Below, in pieces: positions 54,266 to 63,251 of a DNA stretch of 64,000 nt (its first letter is position 1; every line of letters starts with the position of its first letter). A program made the translations under genes and the position numbers. Source of the stretch: Candidatus Enterousia sp. Its GTDB lineage: Bacteria > Pseudomonadota > Alphaproteobacteria > Rs-D84. The notes beneath the pieces are model-generated. The model was not told the DNA's origin. It saw nothing but the letters and a program-made list of their open reading frames with translations, and ran no database searches. Location: assembly GCA_045651525.1 (NCBI GenBank), contig JAZRSO010000036.1, forward strand, positions 2,016 through 66,015, given 5' to 3'.

Positions 54266-56782
54266 GTGGCAGAAAAAAGTAAACTGACCCCTGTTATGCA
54301 ACAGTATGTTGATATGAAGGCCGAAAACCCAGATGCATTGTTAATGTTCAGACTGGGGGATTTTTATGAATCTTTCTTTGAAGATGCAAAAACAATCAGT
54401 GCCACATTAGGGCTGGTTTTAACTGCACGTGGAACAGACGGCGATGGAAACAGTATTCCAATGTGTGGTATTCCATGGCATGCCGCTGATAATTATTTTG
54501 GTCGTTTGGTTCGCAGTGGATACAAGGTTGCTTTGGTTGAACAGATGGAAACACCTGCCCAGGCCAAAGAACGCGGGCATAAATTTATTGACCGTCAGGT
54601 TGTACGTGTTTTAACACCTGGTACATTGACAGATGATAATTTGCTGACCCCGAAAAATTCTAATTTTCTGATTGCAATTACGCCAATTGGTGGTGGCAAA
54701 TACGATATTGCAGGTTGCGATATTTCAACAGGTGAATTCTTTGTCGGAAATACAAACGACGTATTTGACGATTTAACACGTGTAAACCCAGCCGAAGTTA
54801 TTTTCCCATTCGGTAACGCCGAAGAAAAAAATATCAAAAAAATTCGTGATGCATTTAAATCTACACCTGTGTATGAAAAACTGTATCATCGCAGCGATAT
54901 CGATATGGTTGTATCGCGCGTGTTTGGCTGTGCCGTAAACGCAGGCGAAGTTGCAAAAAATTCTGACAGTGCAATTTGTTTATTGGCGGGTTATTTATTT
55001 AATACACAACGTGGGGCGGCAATTACATTTCGCGCGCCATATACATTTAAATCTGGCAAGCAATTATTGATTGATTCATCTACTTGGAAAAGTCTGGAAA
55101 TTGATGCGCCTATACACGATGGTGGCGCATGTTTGATTGACGTGTTGGACGAAACGCATACATCTGCAGGTGCACGAAAACTGCGCGCGTATCTGCGTTC
55201 GCTGTCCAGCGACATAAATGAAATTATGTTGCGCCAACAGCATATTTCACACTTTGCATTAAATCCAGATATTCGCATAACAATGGAAAATATTTTATCT
55301 TCTGTCCCAGACGTTGGGCGCGCGATATCAAGATTGATGTCTGGACGTGGCGCACCACGTGATTTGCGTAACGTTGCAGAATTCTTGTATATTTTACCAC
55401 GTGCACAGATGATGGCTTCACGACTGGATGCTGGATTTGAACCATTGTTTAATAACATAAACACGCACAGTGAAATTGCATTAAAATTAAATCGTGCATT
55501 GTCTGATGAACTGCCCAGTTTTTTCCGTGACGGAAATGTTATTCGCGATGGATTTGATATCGCACTGGATAATATGCGGTCACTATCACACGGCGGTCGT
55601 GAAACAATCGCTGCATTACAGGCAGAATATATTTCACAAACTGGAATCAATACATTAAAAATAAAATACAATAATATTTTGGGATATTTTATAGAAGTAC
55701 CTGCCGCACGTGCCGAACCAATGATGGCCGCAAATTCTGGATTTATTCACCGTCAAACAATGGCGGGTAATCTGCGTTTTACAACAGAACGACTGATTGA
55801 ACTGGACAATAATATTCGCAGCGCCGCAGAAAAAGCCGCAGGTATTGAATCAGAAATCATAAATGAATTTATTGAAACAATTCGCACTGTGGCTGATGAC
55901 CTGCTGGCCACTGCTGATTTATTAGCAGACGCAGACGTTTGGTGCGCGTTGACTGCGGTTAGTGATAAATATTCTTGGGTGCGTCCAAATATGACAGACG
56001 ACTGTGCGTTTGATATTGTTGGTGGTCGCCACCCTGTGATAGAGGCTGTATTACGCAAAGGCGGCGATAACTTTGTTAAAAACGATTGCAATTTGAACAC
56101 AAACCCAATTGCACTGTTGACGGGACCAAATATGGCCGGTAAATCAACATACTTGCGTCAAAATGCAATTATTGTCGTGTTGGCGCACATGGGGTCATTT
56201 GTGCCTGCAGAACGCGCAACAATCGGCGTATGCGACCAATTATTCAGTCGCGTTGGTGCATCTGATAATCTGGCGGCAGGACAATCAACATTTATGGTAG
56301 AGATGAGCGAAACCGCCAACATTTTAAATCGTGCAACAAATCGTTCATTTATCATATTTGATGAAATTGGTCGTGGTACTGCGACTTATGACGGTATGGC
56401 AATTGCCCAGGCGGTATTAGAATACCTGAACGAATTATGTCCGCGCACACTGTTCGCAACACATTATCATGAACTGACTGGGTTGGTATTAAACGGGTAT
56501 TTGAACAACGTATCGTGTCTGACAATTGATGTTCGTGAACACAACAACGAAATTATATTTATGCACAAGATTGTATCAGGTGTCGCAAATCGTTCGTATG
56601 GTATTCAGGTGGCAAAGATGGCAGGTATGCCAACATCTGTGGTCGCGCGTGCAGAATGCGTCTTGGCGGCATTGGAAAATAATGAAATGTCTGTACCAAT
56701 GCAAAGTGCGCCAAAACCAATGCCGCGCAAAAAGAATAATGTTTGCGACGAACTGCCACCACAATTAAATCTGTTTGGGTAA
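54266..56782 (+). CDS. mutS: DNA mismatch repair protein MutS (GTG start)
   Basis: TPVMQQYVDMKAENPDALLMFRLGDFYESFFEDA, Walker A GPNMAGKSTYLRQ, STFMVEM, and DEIGRGTATYDG. Confidence 0.95.
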   Translation: MAEKSKLTPVMQQYVDMKAENPDALLMFRLGDFYESFFEDAKTISATLGLVLTARGTDGDGNSIPMCGIPWHAADNYFGRLVRSGYKVALVEQMETPAQAKERGHKFIDRQVVRVLTPGTLTDDNLLTPKNSNFLIAITPIGGGKYDIAGCDISTGEFFVGNTNDVFDDLTRVNPAEVIFPFGNAEEKNIKKIRDAFKSTPVYEKLYHRSDIDMVVSRVFGCAVNAGEVAKNSDSAICLLAGYLFNTQRGAAITFRAPYTFKSGKQLLIDSSTWKSLEIDAPIHDGGACLIDVLDETHTSAGARKLRAYLRSLSSDINEIMLRQQHISHFALNPDIRITMENILSSVPDVGRAISRLMSGRGAPRDLRNVAEFLYILPRAQMMASRLDAGFEPLFNNINTHSEIALKLNRALSDELPSFFRDGNVIRDGFDIALDNMRSLSHGGRETIAALQAEYISQTGINTLKIKYNNILGYFIEVPAARAEPMMAANSGFIHRQTMAGNLRFTTERLIELDNNIRSAAEKAAGIESEIINEFIETIRTVADDLLATADLLADADVWCALTAVSDKYSWVRPNMTDDCAFDIVGGRHPVIEAVLRKGGDNFVKNDCNLNTNPIALLTGPNMAGKSTYLRQNAIIVVLAHMGSFVPAERATIGVCDQLFSRVGASDNLAAGQSTFMVEMSETANILNRATNRSFIIFDEIGRGTATYDGMAIAQAVLEYLNELCPRTLFATHYHELTGLVLNGYLNNVSCLTIDVREHNNEIIFMHKIVSGVANRSYGIQVAKMAGMPTSVVARAECVLAALENNEMSVPMQSAPKPMPRKKNNVCDELPPQLNLFG

Positions 56783-56796
56783 TAAAAGGAGAATTA

Positions 56797-57282
56797 ATGA
56801 TTGTAAAACCAATATATGTTTTTAATCCAAAAAACGGACAAAACAGTAAAAAATTTGATACGCCAGAAGAATTACTGGAACATATTAAAAACTATGATTA
56901 TTTGCGTGAATATTATAACGATAATAAATTAACTGGTCGTGTGATGCGTAGTAAAGGAAAAGGTTTTTCTGTATCTGCTCATTTTAAGTTTGATTTAGAA
57001 GAAATTTCTATGGAATCATATAATTTTCATAGACGTGTTTTCTATATCGGTCAAAGTGCTGTTAAAACAAATAACGGCGCACAAATTACTGTACTACACC
57101 ATCCAATAAAAATAGAAGAAGAACTACATGAAAAATATTCCGCCTACGCACAAGATTGTGTGATTGATAGTAAAAGTTTAAAACAAATATATCCGCCTGT
57201 TGATAAATTTGAAGATTCAGAATTAGCAAAATGGATAAAACAGATTGAATCTATGAAATACAACATTCAAAAAGTTAAATAA
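56797..57282 (+). CDS. Hypothetical protein P1 (161 aa), member of a local paralog pair
   Basis: AAGGAG, 5 nt, then ATG. About 25-30% identity to P2 by eye. Shared C-terminus CVIDSKSLKQIYPP...KVK. Confidence 0.55.
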   Translation: MIVKPIYVFNPKNGQNSKKFDTPEELLEHIKNYDYLREYYNDNKLTGRVMRSKGKGFSVSAHFKFDLEEISMESYNFHRRVFYIGQSAVKTNNGAQITVLHHPIKIEEELHEKYSAYAQDCVIDSKSLKQIYPPVDKFEDSELAKWIKQIESMKYNIQKVK

Positions 57283-57315
57283 ATGAAATCGGGTTGGGTA
57301 ATAAAAGGAGTTATT

Positions 57316-57819
57316 ATGTCTGATATAAAATATATTTTTAAACCATGTAATAAAATTGACAGAAAAGAAGAATTTTCTTTATCTAGCACTTTGCTACATT
57401 ATATAAAAAAATATGATTTTTTTCGCCAGTATGACGCAAAGGATAAAGCATACGGAGTAACACGTGCCGAAGACAAAGCTTTTTATTTATCGGCATCCAT
57501 CAAAGTTAAACTAAACGACTTTGATATATTTACACAGGTTGGCATTGGACAATATCCTAGTGAAAATTTTAAATTTTATATCGGGGAAAAAGTAGAAAAA
57601 ATCCCAAATTCAAACAAAATAAAAGTGACTGTATTCAAATTTCCTGAACATATACAAGATGATTTATATGAAGAATATACAATAAATTATAACAACTGTG
57701 TAATCGATAACAAGACATTAAAACAAATATATCCACCATGCGGTGACAACGATTCAAGATTAAATCAATTTATTAACATGGTACAATCAATAAAAGGTAA
57801 CCTGGAAAAAGTTAAATAA
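57316..57819 (+). CDS. Hypothetical protein P2 (167 aa; may instead start at 57283 with a copied truB N-terminus)
   Basis: AAGGAG, 5 nt, then ATG at 57316. An in-frame ATG at 57283 gives MKSGWVIKGVI-, copied from the truB start. Shared C-terminus CVIDNKTLKQIYPP...KVK. Confidence 0.55.
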   Translation: MSDIKYIFKPCNKIDRKEEFSLSSTLLHYIKKYDFFRQYDAKDKAYGVTRAEDKAFYLSASIKVKLNDFDIFTQVGIGQYPSENFKFYIGEKVEKIPNSNKIKVTVFKFPEHIQDDLYEEYTINYNNCVIDNKTLKQIYPPCGDNDSRLNQFINMVQSIKGNLEKVK

Positions 57820-58692
57820 ATGAAATCGGGTTGGGTTATCTTGGACAAGGATTCAGGGCTGTTTTCAAGAACAGCCGGTGGTAAAATTGCACGAATGATT
57901 GGAACAAAAAAATTCGGACATATTGGCACACTGGACCCGATGGCGTCTGGGGTGTTGCCGATCGCAATTGGGGATGCAACCAAGATGATTCCATTTGTCG
58001 AAGAAATATCGCCCAATGTAAAAGAATACTTGTTTTCACTGCAATTTGGGTTTGAAACAGACACACTGGATATCACAGGTCGCGAAATTGCGCGTAATAA
58101 CATCGTGCCAAGCGAATCTGATGTGTTGGGTGTGTTACCAAAACTGATTGGAAAAATATCACAGGTACCACCACAATACAGTGCTGTACACGTTGATGGC
58201 AAACGTGCATACGACGCCGCGCGCCAGGGCAGGGCAGTTGAAATTCCCCCACGTGATGTCGAAATATACGAACTGGAATTTTTAGGTATACGGGGTAAAT
58301 CCTGGCATTTTCGTGTACGTTGCAGTCGTGGTACATATGTGCGTTCAATTGCACGTGATATTGCAAAATTATGTGGCACAATTGCGACTGTTGATATGAT
58401 ACGGCGCACACAATCTGGTGGGTTTGATATAAAAAGTGCCGTAAAACTTGATTTTTTAGAAAATCTGTTTAATAATAGTGCCAGCATTGATGAAAATTTG
58501 ATGCCGGTGGATTTTGGACTGGGGGACATTCCGGTTCTGAATCTTATCGATAAAGATGCCGAATTTTATAAAAACGGTGGCTTTATCACAGTTGCCGCAG
58601 GGGATGGCATGTATCGCGTTTATAACAATGATTTATTTATTGGTATTGGCGTTGTACATGGCGGAAATCTGCGACCAAAACGAACAATATAA
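57820..58692 (+). CDS. truB: tRNA pseudouridine55 synthase TruB
   Basis: SGWVILDKDSGLFS, and GHIGTLDPMASGVLPIAIG with the catalytic Asp. Confidence 0.9.
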   Translation: MKSGWVILDKDSGLFSRTAGGKIARMIGTKKFGHIGTLDPMASGVLPIAIGDATKMIPFVEEISPNVKEYLFSLQFGFETDTLDITGREIARNNIVPSESDVLGVLPKLIGKISQVPPQYSAVHVDGKRAYDAARQGRAVEIPPRDVEIYELEFLGIRGKSWHFRVRCSRGTYVRSIARDIAKLCGTIATVDMIRRTQSGGFDIKSAVKLDFLENLFNNSASIDENLMPVDFGLGDIPVLNLIDKDAEFYKNGGFITVAAGDGMYRVYNNDLFIGIGVVHGGNLRPKRTI

Positions 58693-58710
58693 AATAAAAA
58701 GGAAAATATA

Positions 58711-58983
58711 ATGTCCATTACAAAGACAAAAAAGTCTGAATTGATTCAGGCATATAAAATTTCTGAAAACGACAATGGTGGTTCCGTTGAATCACAGGTT
58801 GCTGTTTTAACAGAACGTATCCGCAATTTGACAGAACATATGAAGGCTAACCACAAAGACAACCATTCTAAACGCGGTCTGTTGTTGATGGTAAACCGTC
58901 GTAAAAAATTGTTGGCCTATATCAAAAAACGTAATCCAGAAGATTACGAAAACTTGATTAAAAAATTGGGTCTGCGTAAATAA
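58711..58983 (+). CDS. rpsO: 30S ribosomal protein S15
   Basis: 90 aa. [45 protein letters not shown]. Confidence 0.95.
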   Translation: MSITKTKKSELIQAYKISENDNGGSVESQVAVLTERIRNLTEHMKANHKDNHSKRGLLLMVNRRKKLLAYIKKRNPEDYENLIKKLGLRK

Positions 58984-59008
58984 AAAATCCCCCGATTGGG
59001 GGATTTTT
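58982..59008 (+). terminator. Intrinsic terminator after rpsO
   Basis: Stem ATCCCCC/GGGGGAT with loop gatt, followed by T5. Confidence 0.75.
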
Positions 59009-59027
59009 ATTTTTCAATACAGAATAC

Positions 59028-59056
59028 TTGCATTTTGTATTTTTAGTGTGTAAAAT
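59028..59056 (+). promoter_or_regulatory. ileS leader promoter
   Basis: TTGCAT (59028-59033), 17 nt, TAAAAT (59051-59056). The predicted TSS falls at or 1 nt before the leader-peptide ATG. Confidence 0.5.
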
Positions 59057-59063
59057 TCGTTAC

Positions 59064-59096
59064 ATGAAAACAGCAACAATAATTATTATTAAATAA
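59064..59096 (+). CDS. Putative ileS leader peptide MKTATIIIIK
   Basis: ATG AAA ACA GCA ACA ATA ATT ATT ATT AAA TAA. Four consecutive Ile codons lie 28 nt upstream of a terminator hairpin. Confidence 0.55.
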   Translation: MKTATIIIIK

Positions 59097-59123
59097 CTGG
59101 CGACTGCGCTTTGGCGGTGGCTG

Positions 59124-59146
59124 GGGCGTATGGACGCCCTTTTTTT
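59124..59146 (+). terminator. Attenuator terminator in ileS leader
   Basis: Stem GGGCGT/ACGCCC with loop atgg, followed by T7. It ends 31 nt before the ileS ATG. Confidence 0.7.
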
Positions 59147-59177
59147 AATGATAAAACATAATACGGAGTTATAAATT

Positions 59178-62100
59178 ATGGCATACCCAAAAACAGACCT
59201 GCGTGCAGATTTCACCGCACTGGAACAGCAAGTATTACAATACTGGCGTGAAAATAATACCTTTGATAAGACTTTGCAAAAAACAAAACAAGGGCATCCA
59301 TTCAGTTTCTTTGACGGCCCCCCATTTGCAAACGGTATTCCACACTGGGGACATTTGGGCGTTACTGTGGTAAAAGATATGATATCACGTTTCCAGACAA
59401 TGAACGGCAGATATGTAAACCGTGAACTGGGATGGGATTGCCATGGTTTGCCTGCGGAAAATTCTGTTGAAAAAAAGGTTGGGAAATCTGCCAAAGATAT
59501 TGTTGCAAAAGACGGAATTGACGCGTTCTGTAATATGTGCAGAACAGACGTTATGACATATACAAATGAATGGGATAAATTTATTGAACGTATGGGTCGC
59601 TGGGTAAAAATCGGTGATGAATACGGCTATAAAACCATGAATAAAAACTATATGGAATCTGTAATGTGGACATTAAAAACACTGTACGACAAGGGCTTGT
59701 TGTACAAAGATTACAGTGTAAATCCATATGACTGGGTAAACGGTACTGTGATTTCTAATTCCGAAGCATCCAGTGACTATCGCGAAATTGTTGATGATGC
59801 AGTGACTGTTTGGTTTGAACTGGAAAATGGCGACCGCGTTATTGCATGGACAACAACACCATGGACATTACCTGCGAATTCTGCGTTGGCGGTAAATCCA
59901 AATATGGAATATCTGCGTATGCAAGACGAAGATGGCAATGTTTATATCGTTGCAAAAACCAGATTAAAGGCGTATGAAAAACAATTCGCAAATGCAACAG
60001 AAGTTGAATGTATCAAGGGTTCTGATTTGGTTGGCAAACACTATACGCCACTGTTCCCTTATTATGCAGGACAATCTGATTTATTATTCCAAGTTATACC
60101 AGCAGATTATGTATCTGATTCTGATGGTACAGGTATTGTTCATATCGCGCCTGCGTATGGTTCCGAAGACTTTTGGGCGGCAAAAAATGTTAACCAACAT
60201 TTCCCTGTTCTGTTGAATGTTGATGACTATGGAAACTTTGACGACAGTGTTGTTGACTTTGCGGGCGAAAATATATTTGCTGCGACACCACGTATTATGG
60301 ATTGGTTAAAGCAAAATGGAAAACTGGTCAAAAAAGAACAATATAAACACAGTTATCCTTTTGGCGACCGCAGCAAAGAAAAACTGATTCAGCGTGCGAC
60401 AAATTCTTGGTATATAGACGTTCCAAAAATCAAAGATAAATTATTGGCAAACAACGCAACTGTAAATTGGATCAGCGCTGGCGAAAGATTCCGCACATGG
60501 ATAGAAGGCGCGCGTCCTTGGTCAATATCACGCAATCGTTTCTGGGGTATGCCATTGCCAATCTGGGAACGTGACGGCGAATTCAAAGTATTTGGTTCAA
60601 TCGCAGAATTGGAAGAATTCTTTGGTGTAAAGGTTGATGACCTGCACCGACCAACACTGGATAAACTGACACGTGATGGTTGGACACGTATATCAGACGT
60701 TTTGGATTGCTGGGTCGAAAGTGGTTCAATGCCATGGGCATCACTGCACTATCCATTCGAAAACAAAGACAAATTTAACGCAACATTCCCAGCTGATTAT
60801 ATTATCGAAGGACAAGATCAAACACGTGGTTGGTTCTATTCTTTGATGGTATTGGCAACAGCTTTGTTTGATAAACCGGCGTTCAAGACTGTATCTGCAA
60901 ATGGTATGATTGTTGATGAAAATAAAAAGAAGTTTTCAAAATCATTAAAGAACTATGTTGACCCATCAGAACAAATTGAACAATATGGTGCAGACGCTGT
61001 ACGCTTGTTTATACTGGGTTCAAACTTTATGAAGGCAGAACCAGTGCCTGTTGATAAAGAAGGTAAAGTATTTACAGAAGCGTCAAAAACAATTCAAACA
61101 CCACTGTGGAACGCATATCACTTTTTTACACTGTATGCGAACGCAGGAAATGTTGTTGCAAAGTATATGACAAATCCAGAAAAACCAATGGATAAATATA
61201 TCTTGGCTGAATTGAATATGCTGATTGACAGTGTTACAAAATCTTTATCTGAATATAAACCAGATGTCGCTGTCAAAGATATTGTTAAATTCTTGGATAT
61301 ATTGAACAACTGGTATATCAGACGCGGACGCGCACGTATCTGGGACGAAGAACAAGACGCATTTGATACACTTTATACTGTACTGGTTACATTGTGTCGT
61401 GTTTTGTCGCCTTTTGCGCCATTTATATCTGAATTTATATATCGCAATTTAACAGGCGAAGAATCTGTACATTTAACAGACTGGCCAACCGCAGATAAAT
61501 TCGATAAAAAGATTGTTGATGATATGCGTCGCGTACAGTCAATTGTTTCTGTTGGAAATCAATTACGTGAACAATATAAACTGCGTAACAGATTGCCATT
61601 GAATTCTTTGACAATCGCAGGTGCAAATATGCCTGAATATGCAGATATTATCAAAGACGAATTAAATGTAAAATCTGTAAAGTTTGATGAAAATATCGCA
61701 AATGTTGCAGACAGTTTTATATATCTGATTACACCAAAAATTGGCGCACGTCTGGGTGGGGCATTAAAAGATATAATCCCATCTGTAAAACGTGGCGATT
61801 ATGAAGTCAAGGGCGATAAACTGTTGGCCGGTGGTCATGAATTAAACGCAGATGAATTTGAAAACCGTTTAACAATCAAAGACGGTGTAACAGGTGCGGC
61901 ATTGCCAGACAATACTGCTGTTGTTGTATTAGACACAGAATTAAACGCAGAATTGATTGCCGAAGGTTTGGCAAACGATGCGTTGCGTCATATCCAAAAT
62001 ACACGCAAAACAGCAGGACTGGATGTTTCAGACCGTATTGTTCTGACATACAACGCAGACCCAGCTGTGGCGGCGGCAATCGAACAACATAAAAAACACA

Positions 62101-62201
62101 TCATGCACGAAGCACTGATTGTTGAAATGTCTGTTGGCGACGGCGAATACGCAACAGAATTCGAAGGATATAATCTGGCTGTATCCGTAAAGAAAGCATA
62201 A
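59178..62201 (+). CDS. ileS: Isoleucine--tRNA ligase, class-2 ('eukaryote/archaeal-like') type
   Basis: 1007 aa. FFDGPPFANGIPHWGHL (HIGH variant), KFSKS (KMSKS variant), and a type-2 C-terminal region without the Zn-finger tail of type-1 enzymes. Confidence 0.9.
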   Translation: MAYPKTDLRADFTALEQQVLQYWRENNTFDKTLQKTKQGHPFSFFDGPPFANGIPHWGHLGVTVVKDMISRFQTMNGRYVNRELGWDCHGLPAENSVEKKVGKSAKDIVAKDGIDAFCNMCRTDVMTYTNEWDKFIERMGRWVKIGDEYGYKTMNKNYMESVMWTLKTLYDKGLLYKDYSVNPYDWVNGTVISNSEASSDYREIVDDAVTVWFELENGDRVIAWTTTPWTLPANSALAVNPNMEYLRMQDEDGNVYIVAKTRLKAYEKQFANATEVECIKGSDLVGKHYTPLFPYYAGQSDLLFQVIPADYVSDSDGTGIVHIAPAYGSEDFWAAKNVNQHFPVLLNVDDYGNFDDSVVDFAGENIFAATPRIMDWLKQNGKLVKKEQYKHSYPFGDRSKEKLIQRATNSWYIDVPKIKDKLLANNATVNWISAGERFRTWIEGARPWSISRNRFWGMPLPIWERDGEFKVFGSIAELEEFFGVKVDDLHRPTLDKLTRDGWTRISDVLDCWVESGSMPWASLHYPFENKDKFNATFPADYIIEGQDQTRGWFYSLMVLATALFDKPAFKTVSANGMIVDENKKKFSKSLKNYVDPSEQIEQYGADAVRLFILGSNFMKAEPVPVDKEGKVFTEASKTIQTPLWNAYHFFTLYANAGNVVAKYMTNPEKPMDKYILAELNMLIDSVTKSLSEYKPDVAVKDIVKFLDILNNWYIRRGRARIWDEEQDAFDTLYTVLVTLCRVLSPFAPFISEFIYRNLTGEESVHLTDWPTADKFDKKIVDDMRRVQSIVSVGNQLREQYKLRNRLPLNSLTIAGANMPEYADIIKDELNVKSVKFDENIANVADSFIYLITPKIGARLGGALKDIIPSVKRGDYEVKGDKLLAGGHELNADEFENRLTIKDGVTGAALPDNTAVVVLDTELNAELIAEGLANDALRHIQNTRKTAGLDVSDRIVLTYNADPAVAAAIEQHKKHIMHEALIVEMSVGDGEYATEFEGYNLAVSVKKA

Positions 62202-62219
62202 TAAAAAAAGGATATATAT

Positions 62220-62366
62220 ATGGCATGCATAAACACAATTTGTCCGTTTAATCGTGGTACAAAATGTGCGAATAATTTAACACTTTGTATCGTACGCGAT
62301 TTATATAACACACAACAAAGAACGTATGCATGCCTTACATATTCAACACAAGAAAAGGTAAAATAA
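62220..62366 (+). CDS. Small Cys-rich protein c1 (48 aa; below the ORF-track cutoff)
   Basis: AAAGGA RBS. Product MACINTICPFNRGTKCANNLTLCIVRDLYNTQQRTYACLTYSTQEKVK. The stop directly abuts the ATG of the next ORF. Confidence 0.45.
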   Translation: MACINTICPFNRGTKCANNLTLCIVRDLYNTQQRTYACLTYSTQEKVK

Positions 62367-62855
62367 ATGTTAAAAAAGAATTGTATTTTTTGTGGGAAAA
62401 TTGGCTATGAATGCCCAAATAAAAATTTTGACGGAATTTGTAAAACTGACGGTAAAGTGAACGAATTTGGCGAAAAACAACCCTGCAACCATAGCGTTAC
62501 AATAAAAAATGAAAACATGCAATTTTTTGCAAAGTATTTATATACTGCACGCAGTGATAAACCACGTCAAATAATGACACGTTCTGAACCAGTAAAAGTA
62601 TATCCAGACAATTTATATTGCACACACGTTGATACATTTTGCCCATATCAAGCACCTGGTGGAAAATGCACAATTGTTCAATTTCTGCAAGGTCGCGAAG
62701 AGCCAACAACTTGCGACTATCAGATGTATGTCGATCCTGAAACAGAACTGGTTACACGATTGATACAATATGTTCATATGGATATTGATAAACTGAAAAA
62801 AGAAAATGCAAAATTACAAAAAGAAATTGAAGAATTAAAACAAAATCAAAAATAA
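62367..62855 (+). CDS. Cys-rich protein c2 (162 aa) with C-terminal coiled-coil
   Basis: Nine Cys in two clusters (CIFCGKIGYECPNKNFDGICK; CTHVDTFCPYQAPGGKCT...C). C-terminal KLKKENAKLQKEIEELKQ. Confidence 0.55.
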   Translation: MLKKNCIFCGKIGYECPNKNFDGICKTDGKVNEFGEKQPCNHSVTIKNENMQFFAKYLYTARSDKPRQIMTRSEPVKVYPDNLYCTHVDTFCPYQAPGGKCTIVQFLQGREEPTTCDYQMYVDPETELVTRLIQYVHMDIDKLKKENAKLQKEIEELKQNQK

Positions 62856-62868
62856 AAAGGAATTTAGT

Positions 62869-63246
62869 ATGACAAAAAAATTGTTATTTGTCGTTTGTGC
62901 ATTTTGTATGATTGGTACCATGTTTTATTTCTTGCCATCAAAACAAACAAAAACAACCAATCAACCAAATTTTGTTGTAACACACAAATGCGCAGAAGCA
63001 CGATCAATATACGTCAATGGCGTAACGGAAAAATATTTTTCCCAGTGCTTTTGTATGATATCAGATAATGAAAACACAGAACCTGTGTGGTTGGATATGA
63101 CAGGTGTTAAACATACAGAATTCACACAAAACACTGCACAAGAAGCATATAAAAATTGTGAACAGGGTTGTGAAATTTTGTGCAAAACATCTTTTGAAAA
63201 ATTCTTATCAGAAAACCCTAAATTTAAAATTGTAAAACGTTGGTAA
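62869..63246 (+). CDS. Cys-rich membrane-anchored/secreted protein c3 (125 aa)
   Basis: AAGGA RBS, N-terminal hydrophobic helix LLFVVCAFCMIGTMFYFL, and 7 further Cys. Confidence 0.5.
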   Translation: MTKKLLFVVCAFCMIGTMFYFLPSKQTKTTNQPNFVVTHKCAEARSIYVNGVTEKYFSQCFCMISDNENTEPVWLDMTGVKHTEFTQNTAQEAYKNCEQGCEILCKTSFEKFLSENPKFKIVKRW

Positions 63247-63251
63247 AATAA

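Noticed and set aside
54991-56100. 226-aa and 115-aa minus-strand ORFs inside mutS
   Set aside because: They are antisense to an unambiguous MutS frame.
57765-58529. 254-aa minus-strand ORF
   Set aside because: It is antisense to truB, which carries the catalytic GTLDPMASG motif. The product is Ser/Pro/Ile-rich.
59064-59177. T-box riboswitch upstream of ileS
   Set aside because: The leader is only about 115 nt, with no Stem I or specifier loop and no T-box sequence. The Ile4 mini-ORF plus terminator explains it better.
59060-59494. 144-aa minus-strand ORF overlapping the ileS start and leader
   Set aside because: It is antisense to ileS and to the attenuator, and nothing supports it as a gene.
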